In this document: one piece after another, positions 44,633-54,743 of the stretch | How the letters are laid out: each line of letters starts with the position of its first letter | Position numbering within the stretch: the stretch's first letter is position 1 | DNA from: an uncultured Lachnospiraceae bacterium | Lineage (GTDB): Bacteria; Bacillota; Clostridia; Lachnospirales; Lachnospiraceae | Assembly (NCBI GenBank): GCA_947629525.1 | Contig: CANREB010000005.1 | Location: 13,738 to 77,737 of the forward strand | Direction of reading: 5' to 3' | DNA: 64,000 nucleotides | Program-made: the position numbers and the translations under genes | Notes under the pieces: generated by a model | What the model was told of the DNA's origin: nothing | Seen by the model: the letters and a program-made list of their open reading frames with translations, nothing else | The model's database searches: none

Positions 44633-46684
44633 TCAAGCTTTCTGAAAATAATCCGATACTACATTGCCGCACTGTTCATTTGCGCATACAAGTTTATTGC
44701 CTTTTATAAGCATTATGCCGCCGCACTTGCTGCATTTTTCTTTTGCGGGGCGCTGCCATACCATGAAATCGCACTCGGGTATCGCCTCGCAGCCGTAATA
44801 CTTCCTTCCTTTTTTGGTCTTGCGTATCACTATCTCTTTGCCGCACTTGGGGCATGTAACTCCAATCTTCTCATAATATGTCTTTGTGTTGCGGCACTCG
44901 GGAAATCCGGGACATGCGAGGAACTTGCCGTGAGGTCCGTATTTTACCACCATATTCCTGCCGCACATCTCGCATACTTCGTCCGACACTTCATCGGCTA
45001 TCTCAACCTGTTCAAGTTCTTTCTCGGCGCGTTTTACCGCCTCTTCAAGATCGGGGTAAAAATTGGAAACTACGGTCTTCCAGTTTATCGTGCCTTCTTC
45101 CACTTTATCGAGCAACGCTTCAAGATTTGCCGTAAAGTTCACGTCAACTATCGACGGAAAAGCGTCTTTCATCATATTGTTGACTACCTCGCCAAGCTCC
45201 GATACATAAAGGTTTTTGTCCTCTTTTACCACATAGCGTCTTGCAATGATCGTGGTTATCGTGGGCGCATAGGTACTTGGTCTGCCTATTCCCAGTTCTT
45301 CAAGCGCCCTGACAAGCGACGCCTCGGTGTAGTGTGCGGGCGGCTGCGTAAAGTGCTGTTTTGGCTCTATATTGTCAAGCGTAAGTTTTGTGTCTTTGGT
45401 GATGTCTTTCACTACGGTATTTGCTTCGTTCTTATCGTCGTCATCGTCTTTATATACGCTCATAAATCCGTCGAATACGACTTTTGAAGCGGCAACTGTA
45501 AAGCGATGCCCGCCTGCGTCTATTTTAATCGATGTAGTCTCATATTGGGCGCTTGTCATCCTGCTTGCCGTAAAGCGCTTCCAGATAAGCTGATACAGCC
45601 TGAACTGGTCACGTACAAGCGACGTTTTCATCATCGAGGGGGTATTGCCGATATCAGTAGGTCTTATCGCCTCATGCGCATCCTGTATCTTCTGCTCCTT
45701 TTTCTTTTCGTTCACTTCCAGAGCCGCGTATTTCTCACCGTAATTTTCTGTTATATATTTAAACGACATCTGTGCCGCCTCGTCCGAAACTCTTGTAGAG
45801 TCAGTTCTCAGATATGTTATTATACCGCTCTCATAAAGCTGCTGCGCAAGGCTCATGGTCTTTTGCGTTGAAAAATTCAACTGCTTGCTTGCCTCCTGCT
45901 GAAGCGTTGATGTCGTAAACGGAAGCGGCGCTTTTTTTATGCGCTCGCCTTTTTTTATTTCCGATACTTTAAATGAGGCGTTTTCTATGTCCTTAAGCAC
46001 TTTGTCCATCTGTTCTTTTGATGTTATATCTGTCTTTTTGTCTGATGAACCGTAATATTTTGCCACAAGCGGCTTTTTCTCTCCCTTTATCTTGAGAAAA
46101 GCGTCAAGCGTCCAGTATTCCTCGGGGATAAAGGCATTTATCTCTTCTTCCCTGTCGCATATGATGCGCAGCGCCACTGACTGCACGCGTCCTGCGCTCA
46201 GCCCTCTTTTTATCTTTGTCCACAAAAGCGGCGAAATGCGGTAGCCGACCATCCTGTCAAGCATACGCCTTGCCTGCTGCGCGTCCACAAGGCTCATATC
46301 GATTTCTCTTGGATTTTTAAGCGACTCCTTTACGGCGTTTTTTGTGATTTCGTTAAAGGTTATCCTGTATACTTTTTTGTCCGCAAGCTTAAGCGCTTCG
46401 TACAGATGCCATGAAATCGCCTCGCCCTCGCGGTCAGGGTCGGTCGCAAGATATATTTTTTCCGCTTTTTTTACTTCTTTTCTTAGTTTGGCAAGGATAT
46501 CGCCCTTGCCGCGTATCGTTATATATTTAGGTTCATAATCATTGTCAGCGTCAAATCCGAGCTGGCTCTTTGGCATATCGCGGACATGTCCGTTGCTCGC
46601 GATGACTTCATAATTTGTTCCGAGAAATTTTTTAATAGTCTTTACCTTTGCAGGCGACTCAACTATCACTAAATATTTTGCCAT
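44633..46684 (-). CDS. topA: DNA topoisomerase I
   Basis: MAKYLVIVESPAKVKTIKKFLG Toprim N-terminus and C-terminal Cys4 zinc ribbons (CEMCGRNM...CPGFPEC, CPKCGKE). Confidence 0.95.
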   Translation of the reverse strand: MAKYLVIVESPAKVKTIKKFLGTNYEVIASNGHVRDMPKSQLGFDADNDYEPKYITIRGKGDILAKLRKEVKKAEKIYLATDPDREGEAISWHLYEALKLADKKVYRITFNEITKNAVKESLKNPREIDMSLVDAQQARRMLDRMVGYRISPLLWTKIKRGLSAGRVQSVALRIICDREEEINAFIPEEYWTLDAFLKIKGEKKPLVAKYYGSSDKKTDITSKEQMDKVLKDIENASFKVSEIKKGERIKKAPLPFTTSTLQQEASKQLNFSTQKTMSLAQQLYESGIITYLRTDSTRVSDEAAQMSFKYITENYGEKYAALEVNEKKKEQKIQDAHEAIRPTDIGNTPSMMKTSLVRDQFRLYQLIWKRFTASRMTSAQYETTSIKIDAGGHRFTVAASKVVFDGFMSVYKDDDDDKNEANTVVKDITKDTKLTLDNIEPKQHFTQPPAHYTEASLVRALEELGIGRPSTYAPTITTIIARRYVVKEDKNLYVSELGEVVNNMMKDAFPSIVDVNFTANLEALLDKVEEGTINWKTVVSNFYPDLEEAVKRAEKELEQVEIADEVSDEVCEMCGRNMVVKYGPHGKFLACPGFPECRNTKTYYEKIGVTCPKCGKEIVIRKTKKGRKYYGCEAIPECDFMVWQRPAKEKCSKCGGIMLIKGNKLVCANEQCGNVVSDYFQKA

Positions 46685-46816
46685 AAACTGTTACACCCCG
46701 TTAAGAACAGATACCCGTCAAGTCCCTTGGCGGTACCGTATTTATATTACAGTTTACCACTATAAACTAAAATTTATTTTCTTTCAAGTGCTTTAAACAA
46801 TTTTTACAATATTTTT

Positions 46817-47992
46817 TTATATAAGTCTGTACCCTCCGCTTGTCTTTAATGCCGCCCGCCTTAGTTCCAGTTCGAGAAGCGCCTTTGAAATCTGCGCCGC
46901 GGGATATCCTATCCCCTTTTTCTCTAAGAAGAATACTATCTCGTCCTGCGTCAGCGGCATAACGTCAAGCACATCGTATATGTCGCGCGCTATATCGGTA
47001 AGGCGCTCCTTTATCTTCGCGTCCGATACATCTCGGGGACTAAGTATGTCCTCCCAACCCATATCGCATATGATATCCTCGGCTGATGTCGCAAGCCCTG
47101 CGCCAAGCCGCAGCAGCTTATTGCACCCAAGGCTCATACGGTCTGTGCATCTGCCAGGTACGGCATACACCTCGCGCCCCTGTTCAAGCGCCATATCTAC
47201 CGTGATAAAAGTCCCGCTTTTTTCATTTGCCTCAACTACCACCACTACGTCGGAAAGAGCGCTTATTATCCTGTTGCGCGGCGGGAAGTTCCATCTCTTC
47301 GGCTCTGCTTTTGGCGGCAGTTCCGATATTACGCCGCCGCCTTTTATAAGATCGTAATAGAGCGCTTTGTTTGCGGGCGGATATATTACGTCAACGCCGC
47401 TTCCAAGTACGCCGTATGATCTTCCTCCCGCTTTAAGTGCGGCTTTCTGCGCGGCAGCGTCTATTCCGAGCGCCATACCGCTTATGACCGCAACGCCGCT
47501 TGCGGCAAGGTCTCCTGCTATTTTTTCCGCCATATACATGCCATAATCGCTGCAAGTCCGTGTTCCTATGACTGCCGCCGTCTTCGCGCGCTTATCGGGA
47601 AGCGTGCCTTTATAAAATATGCCAAACGGCGGATCGGGTATGTCGATTAGCTTGTCGGGATAATCCTGCGCACCGTAATATGTATATCCGATGCCCAGCC
47701 CCGACATATTATCCCACGCTTCCCACGGTGTGATCTTTTCGTAAAGTCCATACAGCTTATCACCTGTCTGCGCTCCCGCGATCGCGTCTATTTCTTTCGT
47801 TCTCTGCTCTTTTATAAGGCGGTATATCCCGCTTGGCGTGCCTGCCGCCTGTAAAAGTCTGTGTTTTTTCCTCCTGTCCACATTTGTGCATAATTCAAGC
47901 CATGAGGCGTAAATTTTCTCGTCGTCGCCGTTCATATCGTCCTCCATACCGCTGTATGCGGTTTTTGTTTCTTCTATATAATAGTGTATCAT
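46817..47992 (-). CDS. dprA: DNA-processing protein DprA (Smf)
   Basis: Rossmann-like core GMALGIDAAAQKAAL...GVLGSGVDVIYPPAN. The start is uncertain; ATG at 47935 (MNGDDEK), 5 nt after GGAGG, is a good alternative. Confidence 0.88.
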   Translation of the reverse strand: MIHYYIEETKTAYSGMEDDMNGDDEKIYASWLELCTNVDRRKKHRLLQAAGTPSGIYRLIKEQRTKEIDAIAGAQTGDKLYGLYEKITPWEAWDNMSGLGIGYTYYGAQDYPDKLIDIPDPPFGIFYKGTLPDKRAKTAAVIGTRTCSDYGMYMAEKIAGDLAASGVAVISGMALGIDAAAQKAALKAGGRSYGVLGSGVDVIYPPANKALYYDLIKGGGVISELPPKAEPKRWNFPPRNRIISALSDVVVVVEANEKSGTFITVDMALEQGREVYAVPGRCTDRMSLGCNKLLRLGAGLATSAEDIICDMGWEDILSPRDVSDAKIKERLTDIARDIYDVLDVMPLTQDEIVFFLEKKGIGYPAAQISKALLELELRRAALKTSGGYRLI

Positions 47993-48004
47993 AATAATGT
48001 ATCG

Positions 48005-49540
48005 TCAATTTATTCCGCCTGTCATGCGAAGCCCCGCCGCCTGACTTAAATGGTCTGTGCTTATCCTGTCGCAGCATTCCAAATCCGCTATGGTGCGCGC
48101 CACTTTTATAATCTTATTATATGCCCGCGCGCTCAGATCCATTATCTCAAACAGTTGTTCAAGCATATCCTGTTCATCTTTTCCGAGCGGACAGTATTTC
48201 TTTATATCCTTTGCGCCAAGTTCTGAGTTAAATCTGTATTTAGTCCCCTTATACCGTTCAAGCTGACGCTGCCTTGCCATAGCGACACGCGTCTTTATAC
48301 TGCTGCTGCTCTCGGACTTGGTGCGCAGCGCCAACTGCTTTATATCCACTCTCGGCGCCTGTACGGCTACATCTATCCTGTCAAGTATCGGTCCCGATAT
48401 TTTTGACATATAGCGCTTTATATCGTTGTCAGTGCATGTACATTTATTCCTGTCAGGAAAATATCCGCACGGGCATGGGTTCATCGCCGCTACAAGCATA
48501 AAATCCGCAGGATACGTATGACTTGCGCTTGTCCGCGCTATATGTATCTTCTTGTCCTCAAGCGGCTGACGCAGCGTTTCAAGGGCGTCTCTCTTAAACT
48601 CGGGCAGCTCGTCCAAAAACAGGACGCCTCTGTGCGCAAGCGATATGATACCGGGTCTTGGCACTCGTCCTCCTCCCGCAAGCGCCTGAGCCGACACTGT
48701 ATGATGCGGGTCAAGAAACGGTCTTGAAGTAATGAGCGTCCTCTTGCTGTCAAGAAGTCCCGCCACACTGTATACGGACGACACTTCAAGCCCTTCTTCC
48801 ATAGTCAGGGCGGGCAGTATAGTCGGTATGCGTTTTGCTATCATTGTCTTGCCCGAGCCCGGCGGTCCTATCATAAGCATGTGGTGAAAGCCTGCCGCCG
48901 CTATCTCCGCGGCACGTTTGACCGAGTCCTGACCGTTTATCTCGGAAAAGTCGACCTCATAGCGTTCGTCCTTTGGCGCGTAAAACGGCGTCACATCGGC
49001 GGGCGGTATCATCTGCGCCTTTTTGTCCTCTTTTTCAAGCAGATATTTAATAGTTTCATCCAAAGTCATAACGCCTATTATCTCTATTTCGTCAATCACC
49101 GCGCCCTCTTTTACGTTTGCTTTGGGAACGATGCACCTTGATATGCCTTTGCTTTTGGCTTCCTGCACTATGGGAAGTACGCCTTTGACAGCCCTTACTT
49201 CCCCATTAAGCCCCAGTTCGCCTGTTATCAGCGTGTCTTTTATGCTTTCTTCCGCGATGTATCCTTGTGAGACAAGTATTCCTATGGCTATCGGCAGATC
49301 GTATGACGCTCCTTCTTTGCGCACATCGGCAGGAGATATGCTGACTGTCACGCGCATCGGCGGCATATCGATGCCTGAATTTCTGAGCGCTACTTTTACC
49401 CGCTCCTTTGCCTCTTTTACCTCGCCGCTTAGCTGTCCTACCATTTCGATATATGGCATGCCTTTTGACGAGTCTGCTTCAACATAAGCAAGCCTGCTGC
49501 CTATTCCGTTTATCATTCCTGTTACTATCCTGCTGTACAT
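48005..49540 (-). CDS. comM: YifB/ComM-family Mg-chelatase-like AAA+ ATPase
   Basis: 511 aa with a Lon-protease-like N-domain, Walker A GPPGSGKT, and VLFLDELPEF. Confidence 0.9.
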   Translation of the reverse strand: MYSRIVTGMINGIGSRLAYVEADSSKGMPYIEMVGQLSGEVKEAKERVKVALRNSGIDMPPMRVTVSISPADVRKEGASYDLPIAIGILVSQGYIAEESIKDTLITGELGLNGEVRAVKGVLPIVQEAKSKGISRCIVPKANVKEGAVIDEIEIIGVMTLDETIKYLLEKEDKKAQMIPPADVTPFYAPKDERYEVDFSEINGQDSVKRAAEIAAAGFHHMLMIGPPGSGKTMIAKRIPTILPALTMEEGLEVSSVYSVAGLLDSKRTLITSRPFLDPHHTVSAQALAGGGRVPRPGIISLAHRGVLFLDELPEFKRDALETLRQPLEDKKIHIARTSASHTYPADFMLVAAMNPCPCGYFPDRNKCTCTDNDIKRYMSKISGPILDRIDVAVQAPRVDIKQLALRTKSESSSSIKTRVAMARQRQLERYKGTKYRFNSELGAKDIKKYCPLGKDEQDMLEQLFEIMDLSARAYNKIIKVARTIADLECCDRISTDHLSQAAGLRMTGGIN

Positions 49541-49640
49541 CGATTAACTCCTTTTCACATTAGTTTTATAAACGGTTTTATACCATAGAGTTGCAGACTT
49601 TACAATATAATTGTAAAAAATCGTCTCTGAAATGTAAAAA

Positions 49641-50303
49641 TTAGTACAGATTTGCTTCCTGAAGTCCTGTTTTTAATTTTCCAAGAGCCTTTTTTTCTAT
49701 TCTTGACACATAGCTTCGCGAAATGCCGAGAAGCTTCCCGATGTCTCTCTGCGTCATCTCGCTGTCGTCATCCCTGTTATCTTTCAAAATACCGTATCGC
49801 AGCTTTATTATCTGCCGTTCCCTGCCGTCAAGCCTCTCTTCGATAAGGCGTGTGATACACTTTATTTTGGCGGCGTTATCCATATCCTCAATTATGTCGC
49901 TCTGTTCCTGCTCACATATATCGAGCAGGTTTATCTCATTTCCCTCCTTGTCTGTTCCTATAGGTTCATATAATGATATTTCCCTTGTTATTTTTTTCCT
50001 GACCCTGAACATCATAAGAAGTTCATTATCAATGCACCTTGCCGCATATGTCGCAAGCCTGCTTCCTTTTTCCGCCTTAAAAGTATTTACTGCCTTTATC
50101 AGCCCTATCGTGCCTATGGATATCAAATCTTCCATATCCTCTCCGCAGCCTATATACTTTTTTGCGACATGCGCTACGAGCCGCAGATTTCTTTCTATCA
50201 ATATCTGCCGCGCCTTGTGGGCAGCTTCTTTGTCCTTGCTGTGCATTAACGCCAGATACTCCGATTCCTCCTCCATTGATAAAGGTTGCTCAAAGGTTTT
50301 CAA
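49641..50303 (-). CDS. sigK: sporulation sigma factor, SigK-like, lacking an N-terminal pro-sequence
   Basis: FEQPLS...NLRLVAHVAKKY...DLISIGTIGLIKAVNTF...ATYAARCIDNELLM...PIGTDKEGNEINLLDI best matches SigK blocks (from memory). TTG start 50301-50303 follows GGGGG. An in-frame TAG lies 11 codons upstream. Confidence 0.65.
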   Translation of the reverse strand: MKTFEQPLSMEEESEYLALMHSKDKEAAHKARQILIERNLRLVAHVAKKYIGCGEDMEDLISIGTIGLIKAVNTFKAEKGSRLATYAARCIDNELLMMFRVRKKITREISLYEPIGTDKEGNEINLLDICEQEQSDIIEDMDNAAKIKCITRLIEERLDGRERQIIKLRYGILKDNRDDDSEMTQRDIGKLLGISRSYVSRIEKKALGKLKTGLQEANLY

Positions 50304-50332
50304 GGAACGCCCCCTGCGGACTTTATTTCTAA

Positions 50333-50360
50333 TATTCTATGTGATAACCATTTTTTAAGT
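50333..50360 (-). promoter_or_regulatory. mother-cell-type (sigma-K/sigma-E-like) promoter upstream of sigK
   Basis: Minus strand AC-17 nt-CATAGAATA, versus the sigma-K consensus AC-N16-17-CATANNNTA. The -10 element also resembles sigma-E CATACAAT. Confidence 0.4.
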
Positions 50361-50367
50361 GCATATC

Positions 50368-51513
50368 CTACAGAATAAAATCCGCAAATACCATATTGGC
50401 AAAGTCAAGCCCTTGGTCGGTAAGACGTATATATCCGCCGCTTTGCTCCATAAATCCCTGCTTTGTCCACTTATACAGCACATCTTTGTACACGTCTTCT
50501 GCCTTTTTGCCGAATGTCTGAAAAAACTCGTCCGTCGATATGCCGCATGTCATGCGAAGCCCCAGAAACATAAATTCTTCCATAAGGTCGTCCTGCGGCA
50601 ATGTTTCATATTCTTCCTTTATATCGTCTCTGCCATCCGACATAATGTATTTATTGATGTCATTCGTGTTTTTCCAACGGCTTGCGCCGACGGTCGATGA
50701 AGCTCCAAGTCCAAATCCCGCATAGTCATGCGTATGTGCGGCGCCTCTCTGCCAGTATATGATGTTATGACGGCTCTCAAAGCCTTTTTTTGCATAATTT
50801 GATATCTCGTAGCGCCTGTAGCCTTCTTTCTCTAAAATGCTCTTTGTCCTGTGGTACATCAGTCTTTCGTCCTCCTCATCGGGAAGCGGCGGGAAATCGC
50901 TTGATCTGTCGCCAAGAGGCGTGTTTTCTTCCACTATGAGGCTGTATGCCGATATATGCTCGGGACTAAGCTGTGCTGCCTTCTTAAGCGTATTTTCCCA
51001 GCTTTTGACTGTCTGCGAGGGGACGGCGGATATCAGGTCTATATTTATGTTGCCAAATCCCGCTTTTCTTGCCTCTTCATAGCTTTTTAAAAAGTCTTCG
51101 TATGTGTGGATGCGCCCTAACAGCTTTAATTCGTCATTGTCCGCCGACTGAAGCCCAAGGCTCAACCGGTTTACGCCCGCGTCGATAAGGGCAAGGAATT
51201 TTTCATATCCTGCCGTCTTGGGATTTGCTTCCAATGTCACCTCCGCATCGGGTGAAATATTGTAATATACTTTTAGTGCATTAATAATGTACTTTATATC
51301 GTTTTCCGGCAAAATCGACGGCGTTCCGCCTCCGAAAAAAATTGTCTTAACCGTGTAATCTCTGTATCTTACGGCGTTTTCTTCTATTTCCCTTTTCAGC
51401 GCGTCAATGTACCTTTTTTGAATTTCCCGCTCCGCCGGAAACGAAAGGAAATCGCAATACACACATTTTCGCACACAAAAAGGGATGTGGATATAAACTC
51501 CGAGAGTTTTCAT
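50368..51513 (-). CDS. hemW: radical SAM heme chaperone HemW (HemN-like)
   Basis: IHIPFCVRKCVYCDF CxxxCxxC motif. 381 aa, downstream of lepA as in many Firmicutes. Confidence 0.9.
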   Translation of the reverse strand: MKTLGVYIHIPFCVRKCVYCDFLSFPAEREIQKRYIDALKREIEENAVRYRDYTVKTIFFGGGTPSILPENDIKYIINALKVYYNISPDAEVTLEANPKTAGYEKFLALIDAGVNRLSLGLQSADNDELKLLGRIHTYEDFLKSYEEARKAGFGNINIDLISAVPSQTVKSWENTLKKAAQLSPEHISAYSLIVEENTPLGDRSSDFPPLPDEEDERLMYHRTKSILEKEGYRRYEISNYAKKGFESRHNIIYWQRGAAHTHDYAGFGLGASSTVGASRWKNTNDINKYIMSDGRDDIKEEYETLPQDDLMEEFMFLGLRMTCGISTDEFFQTFGKKAEDVYKDVLYKWTKQGFMEQSGGYIRLTDQGLDFANMVFADFIL

Positions 51514-51539
51514 ACACGATCCCTCCTGTTTTTCATATA

Positions 51540-53366
51540 TTATTGGTCGTCAAGCTTGAGGACTGACATAAACGCTTTCTGCGGTATCTCGACACTGCCT
51601 ATCTGCCGCATACGCTTTTTGCCTTCTTTTTGCTTCTCAAGCAGTTTTTTCTTACGCGTTATATCGCCTCCATAGCATTTGGCAAGCACATCTTTGCGCA
51701 TCGCCTTGACCGTCTCTCTTGCTATGACTTTACCGCCGACTGCCGCCTGAATGGGTATCTCAAACAGGTGGCGCGGTATCTCGTCTTTGAGCTTCTCACA
51801 CATCTTTCTGCCGCGCTCATATGCCGACTCCTTATGGACGATAAACGAAAGTGCGTCAACCTCCTCTTTGTTTATAAGAATATCGAGCTTCACAAGTTCC
51901 GAGCGCTCATATCCCTTGATGTCATAATCGAACGAAGCGTATCCTCTTGAACGTGATTTAAGCGCGTCAAAAAAGTCATAAATTATCTCGTTAAGCGGAA
52001 GTTCATACTTAAGCACCGCCCTTGTCTCCTCAACGTATTCCATGCTGATATATCTGCCGCGCCGCTCCTGACAAAGTTCCATTATAGAACCGATAAACTC
52101 CGACGTAACCATTATCTCGGCATTTACCACCGGCTCTTCCATATATTCTATCTCCGACGGGTCAGGCAGGTTTGACGGATTGGTAAGCTCTATTACCTCT
52201 CCGTTTGTCTTGTGGACTTTATACACGACACCGGGTGCTGTGGTAACAAGGTCAAGATTGTACTCGCGCTCAAGCCTCTCCTGTATGATCTCAAGGTGAA
52301 GCAGTCCCAAAAAGCCGCACCTGAACCCAAATCCAAGCGCGATCGAAGTCTCAGGCTCATAAAAGAGCGACGCATCATTTAACTGAAGTTTCTCAAGCGC
52401 ATCCCTGAGGTCAGGGTACTTGGCGCCATCCGCGGGATATACGCCGCAGTAGACCATTGGAAGTACCTTTTTATAGCCCGGAAGAGGACTTGCGCATGGT
52501 CTTTCCGCGTCTGTCACTGTGTCGCCGACTGTGGTATCTTTTACATTTTTGATGGATGCGGTCAGATATCCTACCATGCCTGCCGACAACTCCTCGCAGG
52601 GTATAAACTGCCCTGCGCCGAAATATCCGACTTCCACAACGTCGAACGAGGCGCCTGTGGCGATCATCTTTATTTTTGTCCCCTTTGCCACTCTGCCTTC
52701 CATTACGCGGCAAAACACGATAACGCCCTTGTATGAATCATACACGGAATCAAATATAAGCGCCTGAAGCGGATTGTCCGCGTTCCCTTTTGGCGCGGGT
52801 ATTTTATGTACTATCGCTTCAAGCACATCCTCAATGCCTGTTCCGTTTTTTGCCGAGATGAGCGGCGCATCCTGAGCTTCTATACCGATGACGTCTTCTA
52901 TTTCGTTTTTCACACGCTCAGGCTGGGCACTTGGCAGGTCTATTTTATTGATAACGGGAAAAACATCCAGATCATGGTCAAGCGCAAGATATACATTCGC
53001 AAGCGTCTGAGCCTCTATGCCCTGCGCCGCGTCAACTACGAGAATAGCGCCGTCACACGCCGCAAGCGCACGGCTGACTTCATAGTTAAAATCAACATGT
53101 CCCGGGGTGTCTATCAGGTTGAATATATATTCGTTACCGTCATTTGCTTTATATACTGTACGGACTGCCTGAGCTTTTATCGTAATGCCCCGCTCTCTTT
53201 CAAGATCCATATTGTCAAGCACCTGCTCCTGCATTTCCCTGCTGGTGAGAAGTCCTGTTTTTTCGATAATTCTGTCAGCAAGCGTAGACTTGCCGTGGTC
53301 AATATGAGCCACGATACAGAAGTTCCTTATCCTGCTTTGGTCCGTCTGTGGCATTGTCATTATCAT
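51540..53366 (-). CDS. lepA: translation elongation factor 4 (LepA)
   Basis: [21 protein letters not shown]1 motif and the LepA-specific C-terminus. The start may be M3 or M5 of the track ORF. Confidence 0.95.
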   Translation of the reverse strand: MIMTMPQTDQSRIRNFCIVAHIDHGKSTLADRIIEKTGLLTSREMQEQVLDNMDLERERGITIKAQAVRTVYKANDGNEYIFNLIDTPGHVDFNYEVSRALAACDGAILVVDAAQGIEAQTLANVYLALDHDLDVFPVINKIDLPSAQPERVKNEIEDVIGIEAQDAPLISAKNGTGIEDVLEAIVHKIPAPKGNADNPLQALIFDSVYDSYKGVIVFCRVMEGRVAKGTKIKMIATGASFDVVEVGYFGAGQFIPCEELSAGMVGYLTASIKNVKDTTVGDTVTDAERPCASPLPGYKKVLPMVYCGVYPADGAKYPDLRDALEKLQLNDASLFYEPETSIALGFGFRCGFLGLLHLEIIQERLEREYNLDLVTTAPGVVYKVHKTNGEVIELTNPSNLPDPSEIEYMEEPVVNAEIMVTSEFIGSIMELCQERRGRYISMEYVEETRAVLKYELPLNEIIYDFFDALKSRSRGYASFDYDIKGYERSELVKLDILINKEEVDALSFIVHKESAYERGRKMCEKLKDEIPRHLFEIPIQAAVGGKVIARETVKAMRKDVLAKCYGGDITRKKKLLEKQKEGKKRMRQIGSVEIPQKAFMSVLKLDDQ

Positions 53367-53428
53367 CCCTTTCGCATCTATTACAAAATCAACATATTAT
53401 AACATAAAAAAAGATATATTGTCCACTT

Positions 53429-54673
53429 TCAATGTGAAAGCATGTCCTCTATAAATATCCCGTACCCCTTGGTTGAGTCCTGTACAAGCACATGCGTGAC
53501 CGCACCTACAAATCTTCCGTTCTGTATTATCGGCGCCCCGCTCATTCCCTGAACTATGCCTCCTGTAAGTTCAAGGAGTTCGGGATCCGTTATCCTTATG
53601 GAAATCTGCCTGTTGACTGTCTCGTCACTCGGATTAAGACGAGTAATCTCAATATCATAATATCTGAGAGTGCCGTCTATAGTACACAATATCTGTGCAT
53701 ATCCGGTATTAACTTCCTGTTTCAAAGCCACAGGGATAGCCTCCTGCCCTTCTGTAAGTTCTTCAAGAAGCGATGAGTTGGCTACACCGTATATACCCGC
53801 AATCGTATTATCAACTATAACGCCCGACACCTGATCGGATTTGTACTCGATAATGCCTGTCAGTTCCCCGGGAGTGCCTCTTTCACCCCGTTTTACCGCC
53901 ACTATCTCCGTATGATACAAAAGACCGTTTCCAAGCTTAAGAAGTTCTCCTGTATCCATATCGTTGATGCCATGTCCCAGCGCACCAAAGCGATTGCTCG
54001 AATCGATATATGTCATGGTGCCTATACCTTGGGCGCTGTCGCGCAGCCACGTCCCTATCTTGTATGCCGCGCTCTCATCTGCTTCAGGTTTTACCTTCAC
54101 CTGAATTATATCGTCATTGCGCGTAACCTGAAAGATTATCTCATTTCCGTTCGAGTTTTCCACATACTGCTGCACCTGACGCTTGTCAGTAACCGGTATT
54201 CCGTCCATTGCCGTCAGGTAATCGCCCGACTGCAGTTTGTACTGCGCCGGTGAATGCAAAGTGCCGTCCATCCCCGTGTAGCTTCCCGTATCAATGACAA
54301 GCACACCCTGCGTCTTGACATATATACCTATAGGTTTACCGACAGGAGTAAGATAGGTGTTCTCTATGACCTCTATATCTATATTTTTGAGCGGCAGAAG
54401 CCCGAAAAGCTTGAGCTGCATCTCATATGAACTTATATTTTCGCCCGCTACGATAGTAACGGGCTGATTGAGCGACAGGACTGTATCGGAGTCGGTGCTT
54501 ATCACCCCCGACGCGGGGACTTTCAAATTTATCTCCTCACTTGTGCCTGCCTTTATTCTGATCTTTTCCGGAACAGCATTTTGATAGTACATGTACGTTG
54601 CAAGACAGAACAGTCCTATCGCAAAGCCCAGAAAAATATATAACGATAAAATATAACGCTTTATGTTTTTCAA
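53429..54673 (-). CDS. spoIVB: SpoIVB peptidase (S55 family, PDZ plus serine protease)
   Basis: N-terminal TM segment, PDZ-like GDYLTAMDG, protease GTMTYIDSSNRFGALGHGI and GMSGAPIIQNGRFVGAVTHV. Confidence 0.88.
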   Translation of the reverse strand: MKNIKRYILSLYIFLGFAIGLFCLATYMYYQNAVPEKIRIKAGTSEEINLKVPASGVISTDSDTVLSLNQPVTIVAGENISSYEMQLKLFGLLPLKNIDIEVIENTYLTPVGKPIGIYVKTQGVLVIDTGSYTGMDGTLHSPAQYKLQSGDYLTAMDGIPVTDKRQVQQYVENSNGNEIIFQVTRNDDIIQVKVKPEADESAAYKIGTWLRDSAQGIGTMTYIDSSNRFGALGHGINDMDTGELLKLGNGLLYHTEIVAVKRGERGTPGELTGIIEYKSDQVSGVIVDNTIAGIYGVANSSLLEELTEGQEAIPVALKQEVNTGYAQILCTIDGTLRYYDIEITRLNPSDETVNRQISIRITDPELLELTGGIVQGMSGAPIIQNGRFVGAVTHVLVQDSTKGYGIFIEDMLSH

Positions 54674-54743
54674 TCCTATATCACTACTTTCTGTATTTCA
54701 ATAAAAGTAGTATATGGATTTTTCTGAAAATAATAAAAATAAA

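Noticed and set aside
43814-45487. A 557-aa plus-strand ORF, the longest plus-strand ORF in the window.
   Set aside because: It runs antisense across codY, the codY-topA intergenic region and part of topA. Both of those have unambiguous conserved translations on the minus strand. The translation is low-complexity (Ser/Leu/Phe-rich) with no SD or recognisable motif. This is a typical shadow ORF opposite strongly biased coding sequence.
54680-54720. The AT-rich hairpin ACTACTTT...AAAGTAGT between the RND gene and spoIVB as a terminator.
   Set aside because: It has an 8-bp all-A/T-dominated stem with no T-run on the sense (minus) strand, which is too weak to call.
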